Source: an uncultured Desulfuromonadales bacterium
Lineage (GTDB): Bacteria > Desulfobacterota > Desulfuromonadia > Desulfuromonadales > Geopsychrobacteraceae
NCBI GenBank assembly: GCA_947259715.1
Contig: CAMYNR010000097.1
Span: 1 to 54,655 of the forward strand
DNA: 54,655 bases
Direction: 5' to 3'
In this document: piece after piece, positions 28,548 through 38,349 of the stretch
Layout of the letters: each line of letters starts with the position of its first letter
Position numbering within the stretch: position 1 is the stretch's first letter
The notes under the pieces: generated by a model
Seen by the model: only the letters and a program-made list of their open reading frames with translations
Told to the model about the DNA's origin: nothing
Databases searched by the model: none
Translations under genes and position numbers: made by a program

Positions 28548-29327
28548 ATGCTCAAAGCAGGGCAGGTGCTGTTCGTCGGCGCCGGCCCTGGCGATCCGGA
28601 ACTGATCACCGTCAAGGGGCTTAAAGCGCTGCAGCAGGCCGAAGTGGTCGTCTATGCCGGTTCGCTGGTCAACCCGGCGTTGCTCGATGAATGTCCGGTC
28701 GGCTGCGAAATCCACGACAGCGCGCCGCTCAATCTCGACCAGGTTTTGGCGATTCTGATTGCCGGCTGCCGGGCGAATAAAAAGGTGGTGCGTCTGCACA
28801 CCGGCGATCCAGCCCTTTACGGCGCGATCCAGGAGCAGATGGAAGCCTTGGATGTGGCCGGGATCGACTACGCTGTCATCCCTGGGGTCACTGCGACCTT
28901 TGCTGCCGCAGCCAGTCTCAAGCAGGAATTGACCCTGCCGGGAGTGTCGCAGACCTTGACCCTGACTCGGTTGGCTGGGCGCACCCCGGTGCCTGAGAAA
29001 GAACAGTTGCAGCGGCTTGCCGCCAATGGCGGAACCCTCTGTCTGTATCTGTCGGTCGGGATGATGGAAAAACTGGTTGCCGAACTGCTGGCCGGAGGGG
29101 TGTTTACTCCGCAGACTCCGGTCGCGGTGGTTTATCGGGCCAGCTGGCCGGATGAGCAGACCGTTCAGGGTCGCCTGGTTGACATCGCGGCCAAGGTTGC
29201 AGAGGCGGGAATCACTCGCCAGGCGCTGATCCTGGTCGGTGAGGTGCTGGATGCCCGCAGCAAAGGGGTGCCGGAAAAATCAAAGCTGTATGATCCCGGC
29301 TTCGCTCATGGGTACCGTAAGGCATAA
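28548..29327 (+). CDS. cbiF: Cobalt-precorrin-4 C11-methyltransferase
   Basis: GAGPGDPELIT, YAGSLV, RLHTGDP.LYGAI.EQ, SKLYD. Confidence 0.95.
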   Translation: MLKAGQVLFVGAGPGDPELITVKGLKALQQAEVVVYAGSLVNPALLDECPVGCEIHDSAPLNLDQVLAILIAGCRANKKVVRLHTGDPALYGAIQEQMEALDVAGIDYAVIPGVTATFAAAASLKQELTLPGVSQTLTLTRLAGRTPVPEKEQLQRLAANGGTLCLYLSVGMMEKLVAELLAGGVFTPQTPVAVVYRASWPDEQTVQGRLVDIAAKVAEAGITRQALILVGEVLDARSKGVPEKSKLYDPGFAHGYRKA

Positions 29328-29334
29328 CAATTTT

Positions 29335-29386
29335 GTAGGGGCGAGGCGATGCCTCGCCCTCGGGTGCCCCAGCGGGTCGCCCCTAC
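29335..29386. repeat. GTAG-type REP doublet
   Basis: gtaggggcgaggcgatgcctcgccc-tc-gggtgccccagcgggtcgcccctac. Confidence 0.75.
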
Positions 29387-29420
29387 AGGATTAGGTCAAC
29401 CTGACTTGGTACGGAGTAAT

Positions 29421-30473
29421 ATGAAACTCGCCATCGTCGCGATCACATCCGGAGGGGCCCAGCTGGCCCGGCAACTCGGCGCAGCACTGCCGGAGGCGCG
29501 GGTCTTTCTGCCGGAAAAATTTCGCGTGGGTGATGACTGCGATTATTTCAGCAAGCCCCTGGCGGTCTGGCTGCCGGGGCTGTTTGCCGAAGTTGAACAG
29601 CTGGTCTGTATTATGGCGACCGGGATCGTGGTGCGGATTCTTGGCCGGGAACTCAAAGGCAAGGATCAGGACCCGGCGGTGGTGGTGATGGATGAGGCGG
29701 GGCAATTCGCCATCAGCCTGCTCTCCGGGCATCTTGGCGGGGCTAATGACCTGGCCCGGCGGCTGGCGGAGGTCAGTGGCGCCACTCCGGTGATTACCAC
29801 GGCAACCGATGTCAATAAATTACCGGCCTGGGATCAGGCCGCGCGCGATGCCGGCCTGGTGGTTGATCCGGTTGCGCATTTGAAGACCCTCAATCGGCTC
29901 TTGCTGGAAAAAGGACGGATCGCCCTGGTCGATCAGCGGCGTCGAATTGCGCCAATCTTTGCTGGAGTTCCCGGGGTTCAGGTGCACGATAATTTTGCCG
30001 CGGCGATGCGCTCCAATGCAGACGGCCTGGTTTTTGTCACCCACCGCTTTCTACCTCATCTGCAGCTGCAGGAGGAGATGCTCGCCCTGCGACCACGCGA
30101 TCTGGTGGTCGGGATCGGCTGTAACCGAGGCACCTGCGCAGAAGAGATCGAACTGGCCGTGCGCAACAAAATGAAACAATCTTTTCTGGCCTTTGCCAGT
30201 ATCGGCTGCCTGGCCAGCATCGATGCCAAACAGGATGAAGACGGTCTGCTGGAATTCGCCGAAAAGTATCGCTTGCCGATCGAATTCCATTCCGCCGCAG
30301 CCCTCAATCAGGTCGATGTTCCCAGCCCGCTCTCGCAGCACGCCATGAAGGCGGTCGGCGCCAAGGGGGTCTGCGAGCCGGCGGCGCTGCTCTCTTCCGG
30401 GATGGGGGAGATGCTGATTCGTAAGCAGAAGATCGGCAATCTGACCCTGGCGGTGGCAGAACGGCAAGGGTAA
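29421..30473 (+). CDS. cbiG: Cobalt-precorrin-5A hydrolase
   Basis: MATGIVVR, DPAVVV.D, LSGHLGGAN, VITTATD, GIGCNRG, GVCEPAA. Confidence 0.94.
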   Translation: MKLAIVAITSGGAQLARQLGAALPEARVFLPEKFRVGDDCDYFSKPLAVWLPGLFAEVEQLVCIMATGIVVRILGRELKGKDQDPAVVVMDEAGQFAISLLSGHLGGANDLARRLAEVSGATPVITTATDVNKLPAWDQAARDAGLVVDPVAHLKTLNRLLLEKGRIALVDQRRRIAPIFAGVPGVQVHDNFAAAMRSNADGLVFVTHRFLPHLQLQEEMLALRPRDLVVGIGCNRGTCAEEIELAVRNKMKQSFLAFASIGCLASIDAKQDEDGLLEFAEKYRLPIEFHSAAALNQVDVPSPLSQHAMKAVGAKGVCEPAALLSSGMGEMLIRKQKIGNLTLAVAERQG

Positions 30474-30484
30474 GAAATTTAACT

Positions 30485-30556
30485 GTAGGGGCGGCCCGCT
30501 GGGCCGCCTGCTTGTTCAAATTCAAAGGTGCGGGCGGCCCAGCGGTTCGCCCCTAC
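30485..30556. repeat. GTAG-type REP doublet
   Basis: gtaggggcggcccgctgggccgcc...gggcggcccagcggttcgcccctac. Confidence 0.75.
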
Positions 30557-30575
30557 GATATTTATGGATAGATTG

Positions 30576-32894
30576 ATGGCAGGAAAACTCTGGGTCGTCG
30601 GGCTGGGTCCCGGCGATGTTTTACATCTGACCCCAGCAGCGCGCGCGGCCATAGAGCAGGCCGAAGTGATCGCTGGCTATAAAACCTATCTTGAGCTGAT
30701 TCCGGAGCTGATCGCCGGTAAGGAGCAGCTGCAGAGTGGTATGCGCCAGGAGGTGGAGCGCTGCCGGCTGGCCCTGGAGCGGGCTGCCGCGGGCGCCAAA
30801 GTGGCTCTGGTCTGTTCCGGAGATGCCGGCGTGTATGGCATGGCGGGACTGGTCCTGGAGCTCGCCGAGGAAATGGGCGGACACAGAGAGTCGCCCCTGC
30901 CCTGCGAAATCGAGATGGTCCCCGGGATCTCGGCGGTCCAGGCCGCAGCTGCTAGGCTCGGCGCGCCGCTGATGCATGATTTCGCGGTGATCTCCCTCTC
31001 CGACCTGCTGACCCCCTGGCCACTGATCCGGCAACGGCTCAATGCCGCTGGCAGCGCCGATTTTGTCGTCGCTTTGTATAATCCGAAAAGCCGGGGTCGG
31101 ACCACTCAGGTCGGCGCAGCGCGGGATATTCTGCTGCGTCATCGTGGTGCGGACACCCCGGTAGGGATTGTCCGCAACGCCTGCCGGGCCGGAGAGAAAG
31201 TCACTTTGACCAGTCTGGGCGAAATGCTCGAAGAGGAGATCGACATGTTCTCCCTGGTGATCATCGGCAACAGTTCCAGCTATGTTGATTCCGCTGGTAG
31301 GCTGGTCACCCCGCGAGGCTACGCGGGCAAATATTTTTCCCGCTCCTCTGCAGAGAAGGAGCAGAATCAGGGACCAGCCCGAGCCCTTTTCATCGGCGGC
31401 ACCGGTTCCGATGTCGGCAAAAGCATCATAAGTGCCGGGCTTTGCCGCAGCTTTGCCCGGCGTGGCTGGAGCGTTGCGCCTTTCAAGGCCCAGAACATGG
31501 CGCTCAACTCGGCGGTCACGCCGGACGGCGGCGAGATCGGTCGGGCCCAGGCGCTGCAGGCCGCCGCGAGTGGGCTGCAGCCGCATATCGATATGAACCC
31601 GGTGCTGCTGAAACCCAACAGCGACACCGGTTCCCAGATAATCATCCAGGGGCGGCCGGTCGGCAACATGAGTGTCGCCGAATATCACCGCTATAAACCG
31701 CAAGCCTGGCAGCAGGTGACAGAGTCGTTTCAGCGGCTGAGTTCTCAGGTCGACCTGGTCGTTCTGGAAGGGGCGGGGAGTATCGCCGAGATCAACCTGA
31801 TGGCTCAGGACATTACCAACCTCAAAGCGGCGGCCATGGCGGGAGCGCCGGTTATCCTGGTGGCCGATATCGACCGGGGCGGGGTCTTTGCAAGTATTGT
31901 CGGCACAGTCGAACTACTTTCTCCGGCCGAAAGAGCGCAGCTCAAGGGGATTGTCATCAACAAGTTCCGTGGCGACGCGAGTTTGCTTCAATCAGGGATC
32001 GAGGTTATTGAGGATCGCACCGGTGTGCCGGTACTCGGGGTGCTGCCGATGCTTGACCTGCAACTTCCCGAAGAGGATTCGGTGGCCCTCGATCGTAAGC
32101 GTCCGGCCGGTGAGCAGGGCGTGCAGGTTGGGGTGGTACGCCTGCCGCGGATCTCCAACTACACCGATTTCGATCCTTTTGAGCGCGAGGCCGATGTAGC
32201 CCTGAGCTATGTCGAGAAACCGCAGCAGCTCAGCGGACTCGATCTGCTGATTATTCCTGGTACCAAGAGCACCCTGGCCGATCTGGCCTACCTGAAGGAA
32301 ACCGGGCTGTTCCAGGCGATTCTTGATTTTCATGCCGCTGGAGGCCGGATAATCGGCATCTGTGGCGGTCTGCAGCTGCTCGGCAGGCAGATCAGCGACC
32401 CGCAGGGAGTTGAGTCGCTGCGGACAAGCGACCAGGGGCTGGCGCTCCTCGACATCGAGACGATCCTCAAGCCGGGCAAGCAGACCCATCAGGTCCAGGC
32501 GATTTTTCAGCCAGCGGCCAGCTGGGCAGGCTTGGCCGGTCTTGAGCAGATCGATGGCTATGAAATCCATGCCGGCGAGACCGAATATGGCATCAGCTGC
32601 CGCCCACTGTTGCGCATCACCAGCCGTTCCGGCGCGCAGGTGAGCCTTGACGATGGCGCGGTTTCCGCCGATGGTCGGGTCTGGGGCAGTTATCTGCATG
32701 GAATCTTTGATGACGATCTGCTGCGGGGGGCACTGCTGGCCCCTTTGCGCGCTCAGCGCGGCTGTACGGCTGGGGATCCGGTGGCCGACTGGAACCTGGA
32801 CCAGGAACTGAATCGACTGGCCGACCACCTTGAAGCTTATCTCGATACGGAACAGATTCTCTCCTGGCTGCAGGTTCCGGAGGCGTCGTCATGA
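30576..32894 (+). CDS. cbiH-cbiP: Fusion of cobalt-precorrin-3 C17-methyltransferase (CbiH) and cobyric acid synthase (CbiP/CobQ)
   Basis: N-term VGLGPG, SGDAGVYGMAG, HDFAVISLSDLLTPW, TPRGY; C-term GTGSDVGKS, PFKAQNM, EGAGS, ICGG, GYEIH, YLHG. Confidence 0.92.
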   Translation: MAGKLWVVGLGPGDVLHLTPAARAAIEQAEVIAGYKTYLELIPELIAGKEQLQSGMRQEVERCRLALERAAAGAKVALVCSGDAGVYGMAGLVLELAEEMGGHRESPLPCEIEMVPGISAVQAAAARLGAPLMHDFAVISLSDLLTPWPLIRQRLNAAGSADFVVALYNPKSRGRTTQVGAARDILLRHRGADTPVGIVRNACRAGEKVTLTSLGEMLEEEIDMFSLVIIGNSSSYVDSAGRLVTPRGYAGKYFSRSSAEKEQNQGPARALFIGGTGSDVGKSIISAGLCRSFARRGWSVAPFKAQNMALNSAVTPDGGEIGRAQALQAAASGLQPHIDMNPVLLKPNSDTGSQIIIQGRPVGNMSVAEYHRYKPQAWQQVTESFQRLSSQVDLVVLEGAGSIAEINLMAQDITNLKAAAMAGAPVILVADIDRGGVFASIVGTVELLSPAERAQLKGIVINKFRGDASLLQSGIEVIEDRTGVPVLGVLPMLDLQLPEEDSVALDRKRPAGEQGVQVGVVRLPRISNYTDFDPFEREADVALSYVEKPQQLSGLDLLIIPGTKSTLADLAYLKETGLFQAILDFHAAGGRIIGICGGLQLLGRQISDPQGVESLRTSDQGLALLDIETILKPGKQTHQVQAIFQPAASWAGLAGLEQIDGYEIHAGETEYGISCRPLLRITSRSGAQVSLDDGAVSADGRVWGSYLHGIFDDDLLRGALLAPLRAQRGCTAGDPVADWNLDQELNRLADHLEAYLDTEQILSWLQVPEASS

Positions 32895-33832
32895 GCACGG
32901 GACTGTTCGCAGCGATCTTTTTTCTCGACCTGCTGGCGGGCGACCCGCGCGGCTGGCCCCACCCGATCGTCTGGATCGGGCGCTTGATTACGCGCCTTGA
33001 AGGCTGGCTGCGGGCAAGCGGAAAACAGCCGAAGCTGGCCGGTGTTGCTCTGGTGGTGCTGACCCTGCTGGTGACAGGGCTGGCTGCAGGTCTGGTGCTG
33101 CAGATTGCCGGGATGTTCACCGCCGGCCTGCAATGGCTGGTTGCGCTCTGGCTGGGCTGGTCCTGTCTGGCACTGCGCTCGCTGCACAGCGAGAGTCGCC
33201 TGGTTATCGATGAGTTGGAGGCGGGTGATCTGCCGGCGGCGCGGCAGGCGCTGGCCATGATTGTCGGCCGCGATACCGCCAATTTGAATGAAGAGCAGGT
33301 GCTCAAGGCAACCATTGAAACGGTCGCCGAAAACACGTCCGATGGGGTGATCGCGCCACTATTTTATTTGCTGCTCGGCGGGCCGGTGTTGGGGCTGCTG
33401 TTTAAGGCGGTCAGTACTCTCGATTCGATGGTTGGTTATAAGAACGACAAGTATCGTGAGTTCGGCTGGGCGGCGGCGCGGCTGGACGATCTGCTCAATT
33501 TCATTCCGGCCCGGCTGACCGGCTGGCTGTTTGTTGTTGCAGCCTTTCCATTAAAGCTGAACGGTTGGAATGCGCTGCAGGTGCTGCGCCGTGACGCCAG
33601 CAAGCATGCCAGCCCCAACGCGGGTTGGCCGGAAGCGGCCGCCTCTGGTGCCCTTGCCATCCAGTTGGGCGGTCCGGCGAGCTATTTCGGCAAGCAGCTG
33701 GAGAAACCAACCTTCGGCGATGCCAACGGCACAGCGAGCATAAAAGACTACCGACGAATGATCGCCCTGCTTTACCTGAGCTCCAGCCTGGCTTTGTCGC
33801 TGGGCTTGCTGCTCCTCTGGGGCCTGACATGA
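32891..33832 (+). CDS. cbiB: Adenosylcobinamide-phosphate synthase
   Basis: GDP...HP, IVGRDT, AENTSDG, LDSMVGY, SPNAGWPEAA. Confidence 0.95.
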   Translation: MSTGLFAAIFFLDLLAGDPRGWPHPIVWIGRLITRLEGWLRASGKQPKLAGVALVVLTLLVTGLAAGLVLQIAGMFTAGLQWLVALWLGWSCLALRSLHSESRLVIDELEAGDLPAARQALAMIVGRDTANLNEEQVLKATIETVAENTSDGVIAPLFYLLLGGPVLGLLFKAVSTLDSMVGYKNDKYREFGWAAARLDDLLNFIPARLTGWLFVVAAFPLKLNGWNALQVLRRDASKHASPNAGWPEAAASGALAIQLGGPASYFGKQLEKPTFGDANGTASIKDYRRMIALLYLSSSLALSLGLLLLWGLT

Positions 33833-34899
33833 GCAGGCCATTACATGGCGGCGGGGTCGATGGTCTGATGGCCGAAATGGGCCTGCGCCGCGAACAGATT
33901 GTCGATTTTTCCGCCAGCATCAATCCGCTGGGGGTGCCGGAGCAAGTGCAACAGGCGCTGCGCCAGGCCCTGACGCGGATCAGTGATTACCCGGAGCTGG
34001 AGGGGGAGTCGCTGCGCCAGGCACTGGCCGAATCTCATCAGCTGCCCCAGGAGAATCTGCTGCCAGGGAGCGGCTCGACCGAGTTGATCTACCTGCTACC
34101 GCGGATTCTGCGGCCCCGGCGGGCGCTGCTGGTGCAACCCTGTTTCAGCGAGTACGCTCCAGCCCTGCAGCAGGCCGGCTGCCAGCTGGATAGCATCGAT
34201 CTGCGGCCGGAAGAGAATTTCCGGTTTGCCGTTGAGCGCATTCTGGCCGCCCTGAGAGAAAATACCGACCTGGTCGTTCTGGCCAACCCCGGTAATCCAA
34301 GCGGCGTCGGCATCGATCCCCAGCAGCTGAGGCAGTTGCAGCAGGGGCTAGGCGAGAGAACGCTGTTGGTCGATGAGGCGTTTATCGATTTTTGTCCGGA
34401 GCGGTCGTTGCTGCCTCAGCTTCCGGAGCTGCCGAACCTCTATCTGCTGCGCTCGCTGACCAAGTTTTACGCCATCCCCGGGCTGCGCGCCGGCTACCTG
34501 GCCGGCCCGGCAGAGGGAATTGCCCGATTAGCCAAAAACCGTGAGCCCTGGCGCCTCTCCAATCTGGCCCTTGCGGCGGCCTGCGCCTGCCTGAGGGCCG
34601 AGGATTACCGCAAGAAAACCCTGCAGCTGTTGCCCCGCTTGCGGCAGCAACTCAAAGCAGAACTGGAAGAGCTCGGATTTGCGGTTTTTCCCGGTGAGGC
34701 GAATTATCTGCTGTGCCGCTTGCCAAAAACTGCACCTGCTGCGAAGGATATCGCGTCACAGCTGCGCCTGGAGGGGCTGTTGATTCGCAACTGTGCCGAT
34801 TTCAGCCCGCTGGATGAGCGTTACCTGCGCTTTGCGGTGATGGGAACTGAAGCGAATGCCCGGCTGGTGGCTGCTCTGGGTCGGTTCACTTCAGGTTAA
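33829..34899 (+). CDS. cobD: Threonine-phosphate decarboxylase
   Basis: HGG, DFSASINPLG, NPGNP, DEAF, RSLTKFYAIPGLRAGY; ATG overlapping cbiB stop. Confidence 0.92.
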   Translation: MSRPLHGGGVDGLMAEMGLRREQIVDFSASINPLGVPEQVQQALRQALTRISDYPELEGESLRQALAESHQLPQENLLPGSGSTELIYLLPRILRPRRALLVQPCFSEYAPALQQAGCQLDSIDLRPEENFRFAVERILAALRENTDLVVLANPGNPSGVGIDPQQLRQLQQGLGERTLLVDEAFIDFCPERSLLPQLPELPNLYLLRSLTKFYAIPGLRAGYLAGPAEGIARLAKNREPWRLSNLALAAACACLRAEDYRKKTLQLLPRLRQQLKAELEELGFAVFPGEANYLLCRLPKTAPAAKDIASQLRLEGLLIRNCADFSPLDERYLRFAVMGTEANARLVAALGRFTSG

Positions 34900-35613
34900 G
34901 TTTAAAATGCTGACCACGATCGCGGTGATGTTGTCCAGGCCACCACGGTCATTGGCCGCGGCGATCAGCTGGCGGCAGATTTGCCTCGGCCGGCGCGGCA
35001 ATCTGAGCAGACGGTTGATCTCGTCGTCGGTCAGCATATTGCTCAGCCCGTCGCTGCAGAGCAGCAGCCGGTCTCCACTGCGCAGGGGGATTTGCTGCTG
35101 ATAGACCTCAAGATGTTTGCCCAGACCGAGGGCCTGGGTGAGAACATGGTGCAGACCTGACTGCTGGCTTGCCGGGATCTGCTGCCGATTGCCGAGGGTA
35201 TGATCATAGCTGCACTGCTTCAAGGAGCCCTCGCGCAGCAGGTAGATGCGGCTGTCACCGACGTTGGCCAGAAACGCCTGACCCCGGCTGCAGTAGGCGA
35301 GGGCCAGGGTCGTGCCCATTCCTTGCCGGGCGGCATCGGCCTGTCCTGCCCGGAAAACCTGTTGATTGGCCTGCTGGCAAGCGGCTTCAAGCAATTCGCT
35401 GATTTTATCGCCCGCGGTCTCTGCGGTCAGGCCGGTTTGCAGAAAGCTGTGGATGGCGCTGATCGCCATCCCGCTGGCGATATCTCCGGCAGGATGCCCG
35501 CCCATGCCATCGGCGACGATAAATAGCCCGATCTCGGGGTCGGCAAAGCAGGCATCTTCGTTTTTACTGCGCTGTTTGCCTTGATCGCTAAGACTGTCAC
35601 TGTCCAGCTGCAT
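34891..35613 (-). CDS. PP2C-family Ser/Thr protein phosphatase
   Basis: NED, VADGMGGH, MGTT, VGDSR, LCSDGL, GGLDNIT. Confidence 0.93.
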   Translation of the reverse strand: MQLDSDSLSDQGKQRSKNEDACFADPEIGLFIVADGMGGHPAGDIASGMAISAIHSFLQTGLTAETAGDKISELLEAACQQANQQVFRAGQADAARQGMGTTLALAYCSRGQAFLANVGDSRIYLLREGSLKQCSYDHTLGNRQQIPASQQSGLHHVLTQALGLGKHLEVYQQQIPLRSGDRLLLCSDGLSNMLTDDEINRLLRLPRRPRQICRQLIAAANDRGGLDNITAIVVSILNLT

Positions 35614-35735
35614 ATGCTACCCTTGGCGGCAGTTGATGATTAAGTTCAGTTTAGCTGCTCTGGCGGCACTGGCAAATTTTTACGGTTTTATAACCAATAA
35701 AAATGCTCTTATTGAAAACTGCAAAAGGCCTAGTG

Positions 35736-35820
35736 TTAGCCACCAAGACACCAGATCACCAAGATTGAGAAATGGATAGCTATTTCAATTATTCTTAGTG
35801 TTCTTGTCGCTTGGTGACAA
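35736..35820. repeat. CACCAAG-type inverted repeat element
   Basis: gccaccaagacaccagatcaccaag...cttagtgttcttgtcgcttggtgac. Confidence 0.65.
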
Positions 35821-35869
35821 AAACCTTTGTCTGATCGGTTATAGGCCTGAAAGTTTAGGATCAAATTGC

Positions 35870-36892
35870 ATGCGCCAAGACACCATCATTGAGCGTTTTC
35901 GCGAACATGAACAGCTCGCGGAAAAGTTTCATCTGCTGGAAACGCGGATTCTCGGGATTCTCAATTTCCGCGATTTTTTTCAGGAACTCCTGGAGCAGAT
36001 CGGCGAGATATTTGCCGTGCCGCATGTCTGGTTGAGTTTGATCGCCGAAGAATCCACGCCAGCACCTCTCGCCAAACTCAGCGGGACAAGTCGCTTGCGC
36101 CGCTGCCTGAAGCTGATCGATCGTGAGCGTTTCAAGCAGCTCTGTAAAGAGGGGCAGGGGCCGATCCTGGAAAATGAGCAGCTGCGCCCCTATCACGCCC
36201 TGTTGCCCGACGGCAATCGTCTCGCTTTTCAGTCCCTGGCGATGGTGCCGGTGACCCTGGATGGAAAACTGATCGGCAGCCTGAACCTGGCGGACCCTTC
36301 CGCGCGACGTTTCCATCCCGGTTATAATCCGATCCACCTGCAACGGCTGGCGGTGAAGGTTTCGCTCTGCTTATCGAACGTCGTGGCGCACGAAAACCTG
36401 CAGCATATGGCCTTTCACGATCCGCTCACCGATCTGTACAACCGGCGGGCAATGGAGCAGCATCTGGAGCGGGAGTTTTCCCGCGCGCAGCGATATAGGA
36501 CTCAGCTGTCTTTGGTGTTCATCGATCTTGACTTGTTCAAACAGGTCAACGACACCTATGGCCATGACTGCGGTGATGCGCTGCTGCAGTATCTTGCCGC
36601 AGGTATGACCAGCATGAGCCGGACCTCGGATCTGGTTACCAGGCTGGCTGGCGATGAATTTGTCCTGCTGCTGCCGGAGACCCCCCGGGAGAAGGCCTGC
36701 CTGCTGATAAGGCGGATGAGCCAGGTCTTTCTTGACCAGCCGATGCCCTGGCGGGAGGTGAAGATTCCCATTCAGCTCAGCTACGGAGTTGCTTCAGTGC
36801 ATGAAGATGCGGTCGCTTCGAGCGAGCAGTTGCTGAAGCTGGCTGATGACCGTCTTTACCAGAAAAAGCAACAGCGAAAAGCCGATGGCTGA
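35870..36892 (+). CDS. GAF(DUF484-like)-GGDEF diguanylate cyclase
   Basis: HDPLTDLYNR, DLDLFKQVNDTYGH, RTSD I-site, RLAGDEF. Confidence 0.88.
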   Translation: MRQDTIIERFREHEQLAEKFHLLETRILGILNFRDFFQELLEQIGEIFAVPHVWLSLIAEESTPAPLAKLSGTSRLRRCLKLIDRERFKQLCKEGQGPILENEQLRPYHALLPDGNRLAFQSLAMVPVTLDGKLIGSLNLADPSARRFHPGYNPIHLQRLAVKVSLCLSNVVAHENLQHMAFHDPLTDLYNRRAMEQHLEREFSRAQRYRTQLSLVFIDLDLFKQVNDTYGHDCGDALLQYLAAGMTSMSRTSDLVTRLAGDEFVLLLPETPREKACLLIRRMSQVFLDQPMPWREVKIPIQLSYGVASVHEDAVASSEQLLKLADDRLYQKKQQRKADG

Positions 36893-37124
36893 AGTGTTGA
36901 ACGCAGATCCGGAAGAGTTGCGGCAGTTGCTTGCAACGCGGATGCCCTATGGAAAACACCAGGGGCGGTTGCTGCTTGACCTGCCGGAACCTTATGTTGT
37001 CTGGCTGGTACGCAACCAGCTGCCGGAAGGGCGCCTCGGCAAGCAGTTGCTGGCCATTTATGAAATCAAGGTCAATGGCCTGGAAGGCCTGTTGCGCCCC
37101 CTATCGCCAAAGTCCGACCGATGA
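36885..37124 (+). CDS. DUF3820-family small protein
   Basis: MPYGKHQGR.LLDLPEPYVVW...YEIKVNGLE. Confidence 0.8.
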   Translation: MAEVLNADPEELRQLLATRMPYGKHQGRLLLDLPEPYVVWLVRNQLPEGRLGKQLLAIYEIKVNGLEGLLRPLSPKSDR

Positions 37125-38086
37125 GCAAACTCCCCTGGAAATCTGAGCGCCCACCGCTGCTGCTGGCACCGATGCAGGGTTTGACCAATGCCGCCTTACG
37201 CGCCAGTTTTATCGAGCGCTATGCCCCGGATGTGGTGTTTACCGAGTTTGTCCGCGTCCAGACCCAGTCGCGCAAACGGGTCGCCAAGGCCGACCTGACC
37301 GACATCAGGGCGCATTCGGCGGAAGTGCCGCTGGTCGTGCAGCTGATCGGCAACAGTGCCGAAGCGCTGAGCGAAGCAGCCTGGCGGGTCCAGGAGGCTG
37401 GTTGCGAACACCTCAATCTGAACCTCGGCTGCCCCTACGGGCGGATGACTACCGGGGCGACCGGTGGCGAGCTGCTGCGCGATCCCGAGCGACTGGTGGA
37501 ACTGCTCAGTTCTTTGCGCCAGGCGATCAGCGGCAGCTTTTCAGTGAAATGTCGGGCTGGCTACCATGACCTGCAGCAGATTTTTCAACTGCTGCCGCTC
37601 TACGAACAGTGTCGGATCGATTATCTGATTCTGCATCCCCGCACGGTGGAACAAAAATATGCCGGCCAGGCCGATCATCAATTAACTGCTGAAGTCGCCA
37701 GCCGAACCTTCCTGCCAGTTATCGCCAACGGCGATATCAATACCGCTGCCCTTGGCAAGCGGCTATTGAAGGAGGCGGGCGTCGCCGGGCTGATGCTTGG
37801 CCGCGGTGCGCTGGCTGATCCGCTGCTGTTTCGCCGCTTGCGTGGCGAAATGAGCGATGATGGGCAGGATGAGGGCCAGCGGCGTGCAGAGCTGGTCGAC
37901 TATATCGAAGATCTCCTTGAGCGTTACCTGGTCAGGTTCTGCGGTGAGCGGCAGGCGCTGATGAAGCTGAAAGATCTGCTCAACTTTATCCCGGATGAAA
38001 GCCTGCAGCGCGACCTGGGAAAGCTCAAACGCGCCAATACAGTCGTCAGATTCAGGCAATTACTCGAGGGTTTTGCTAGGGCTTGA
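37121..38086 (+). CDS. tRNA-dihydrouridine synthase family flavoprotein
   Basis: LAPMQG, NLNLGCP, HPRT, ANGDI, MLGRG. Confidence 0.9.
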   Translation: MSKLPWKSERPPLLLAPMQGLTNAALRASFIERYAPDVVFTEFVRVQTQSRKRVAKADLTDIRAHSAEVPLVVQLIGNSAEALSEAAWRVQEAGCEHLNLNLGCPYGRMTTGATGGELLRDPERLVELLSSLRQAISGSFSVKCRAGYHDLQQIFQLLPLYEQCRIDYLILHPRTVEQKYAGQADHQLTAEVASRTFLPVIANGDINTAALGKRLLKEAGVAGLMLGRGALADPLLFRRLRGEMSDDGQDEGQRRAELVDYIEDLLERYLVRFCGERQALMKLKDLLNFIPDESLQRDLGKLKRANTVVRFRQLLEGFARA

Positions 38087-38349
38087 TTTTTACCTTCTTG
38101 ACCTTTCCTGTCTGGTTCTTGTTAATGATTCCCCTGGCATGAACTAATATTTACTTGTCCTGCCGGCTTTTTACTTATAAATTGATAGCTTAGATAGAAG
38201 GTTTTGCTTTATTCCAGTTGTTGCAGCTTGAGTCAGCCTTTCCTGAGATTCTGTTCCCGCTTATCCGGGATTGTCATATTCTTTTCCGGGCTGTTCCTTT
38301 GCAGCCCAGCCTGATTGCCTGTAGCATTCGCCCGGCGGATCCTAATCGT

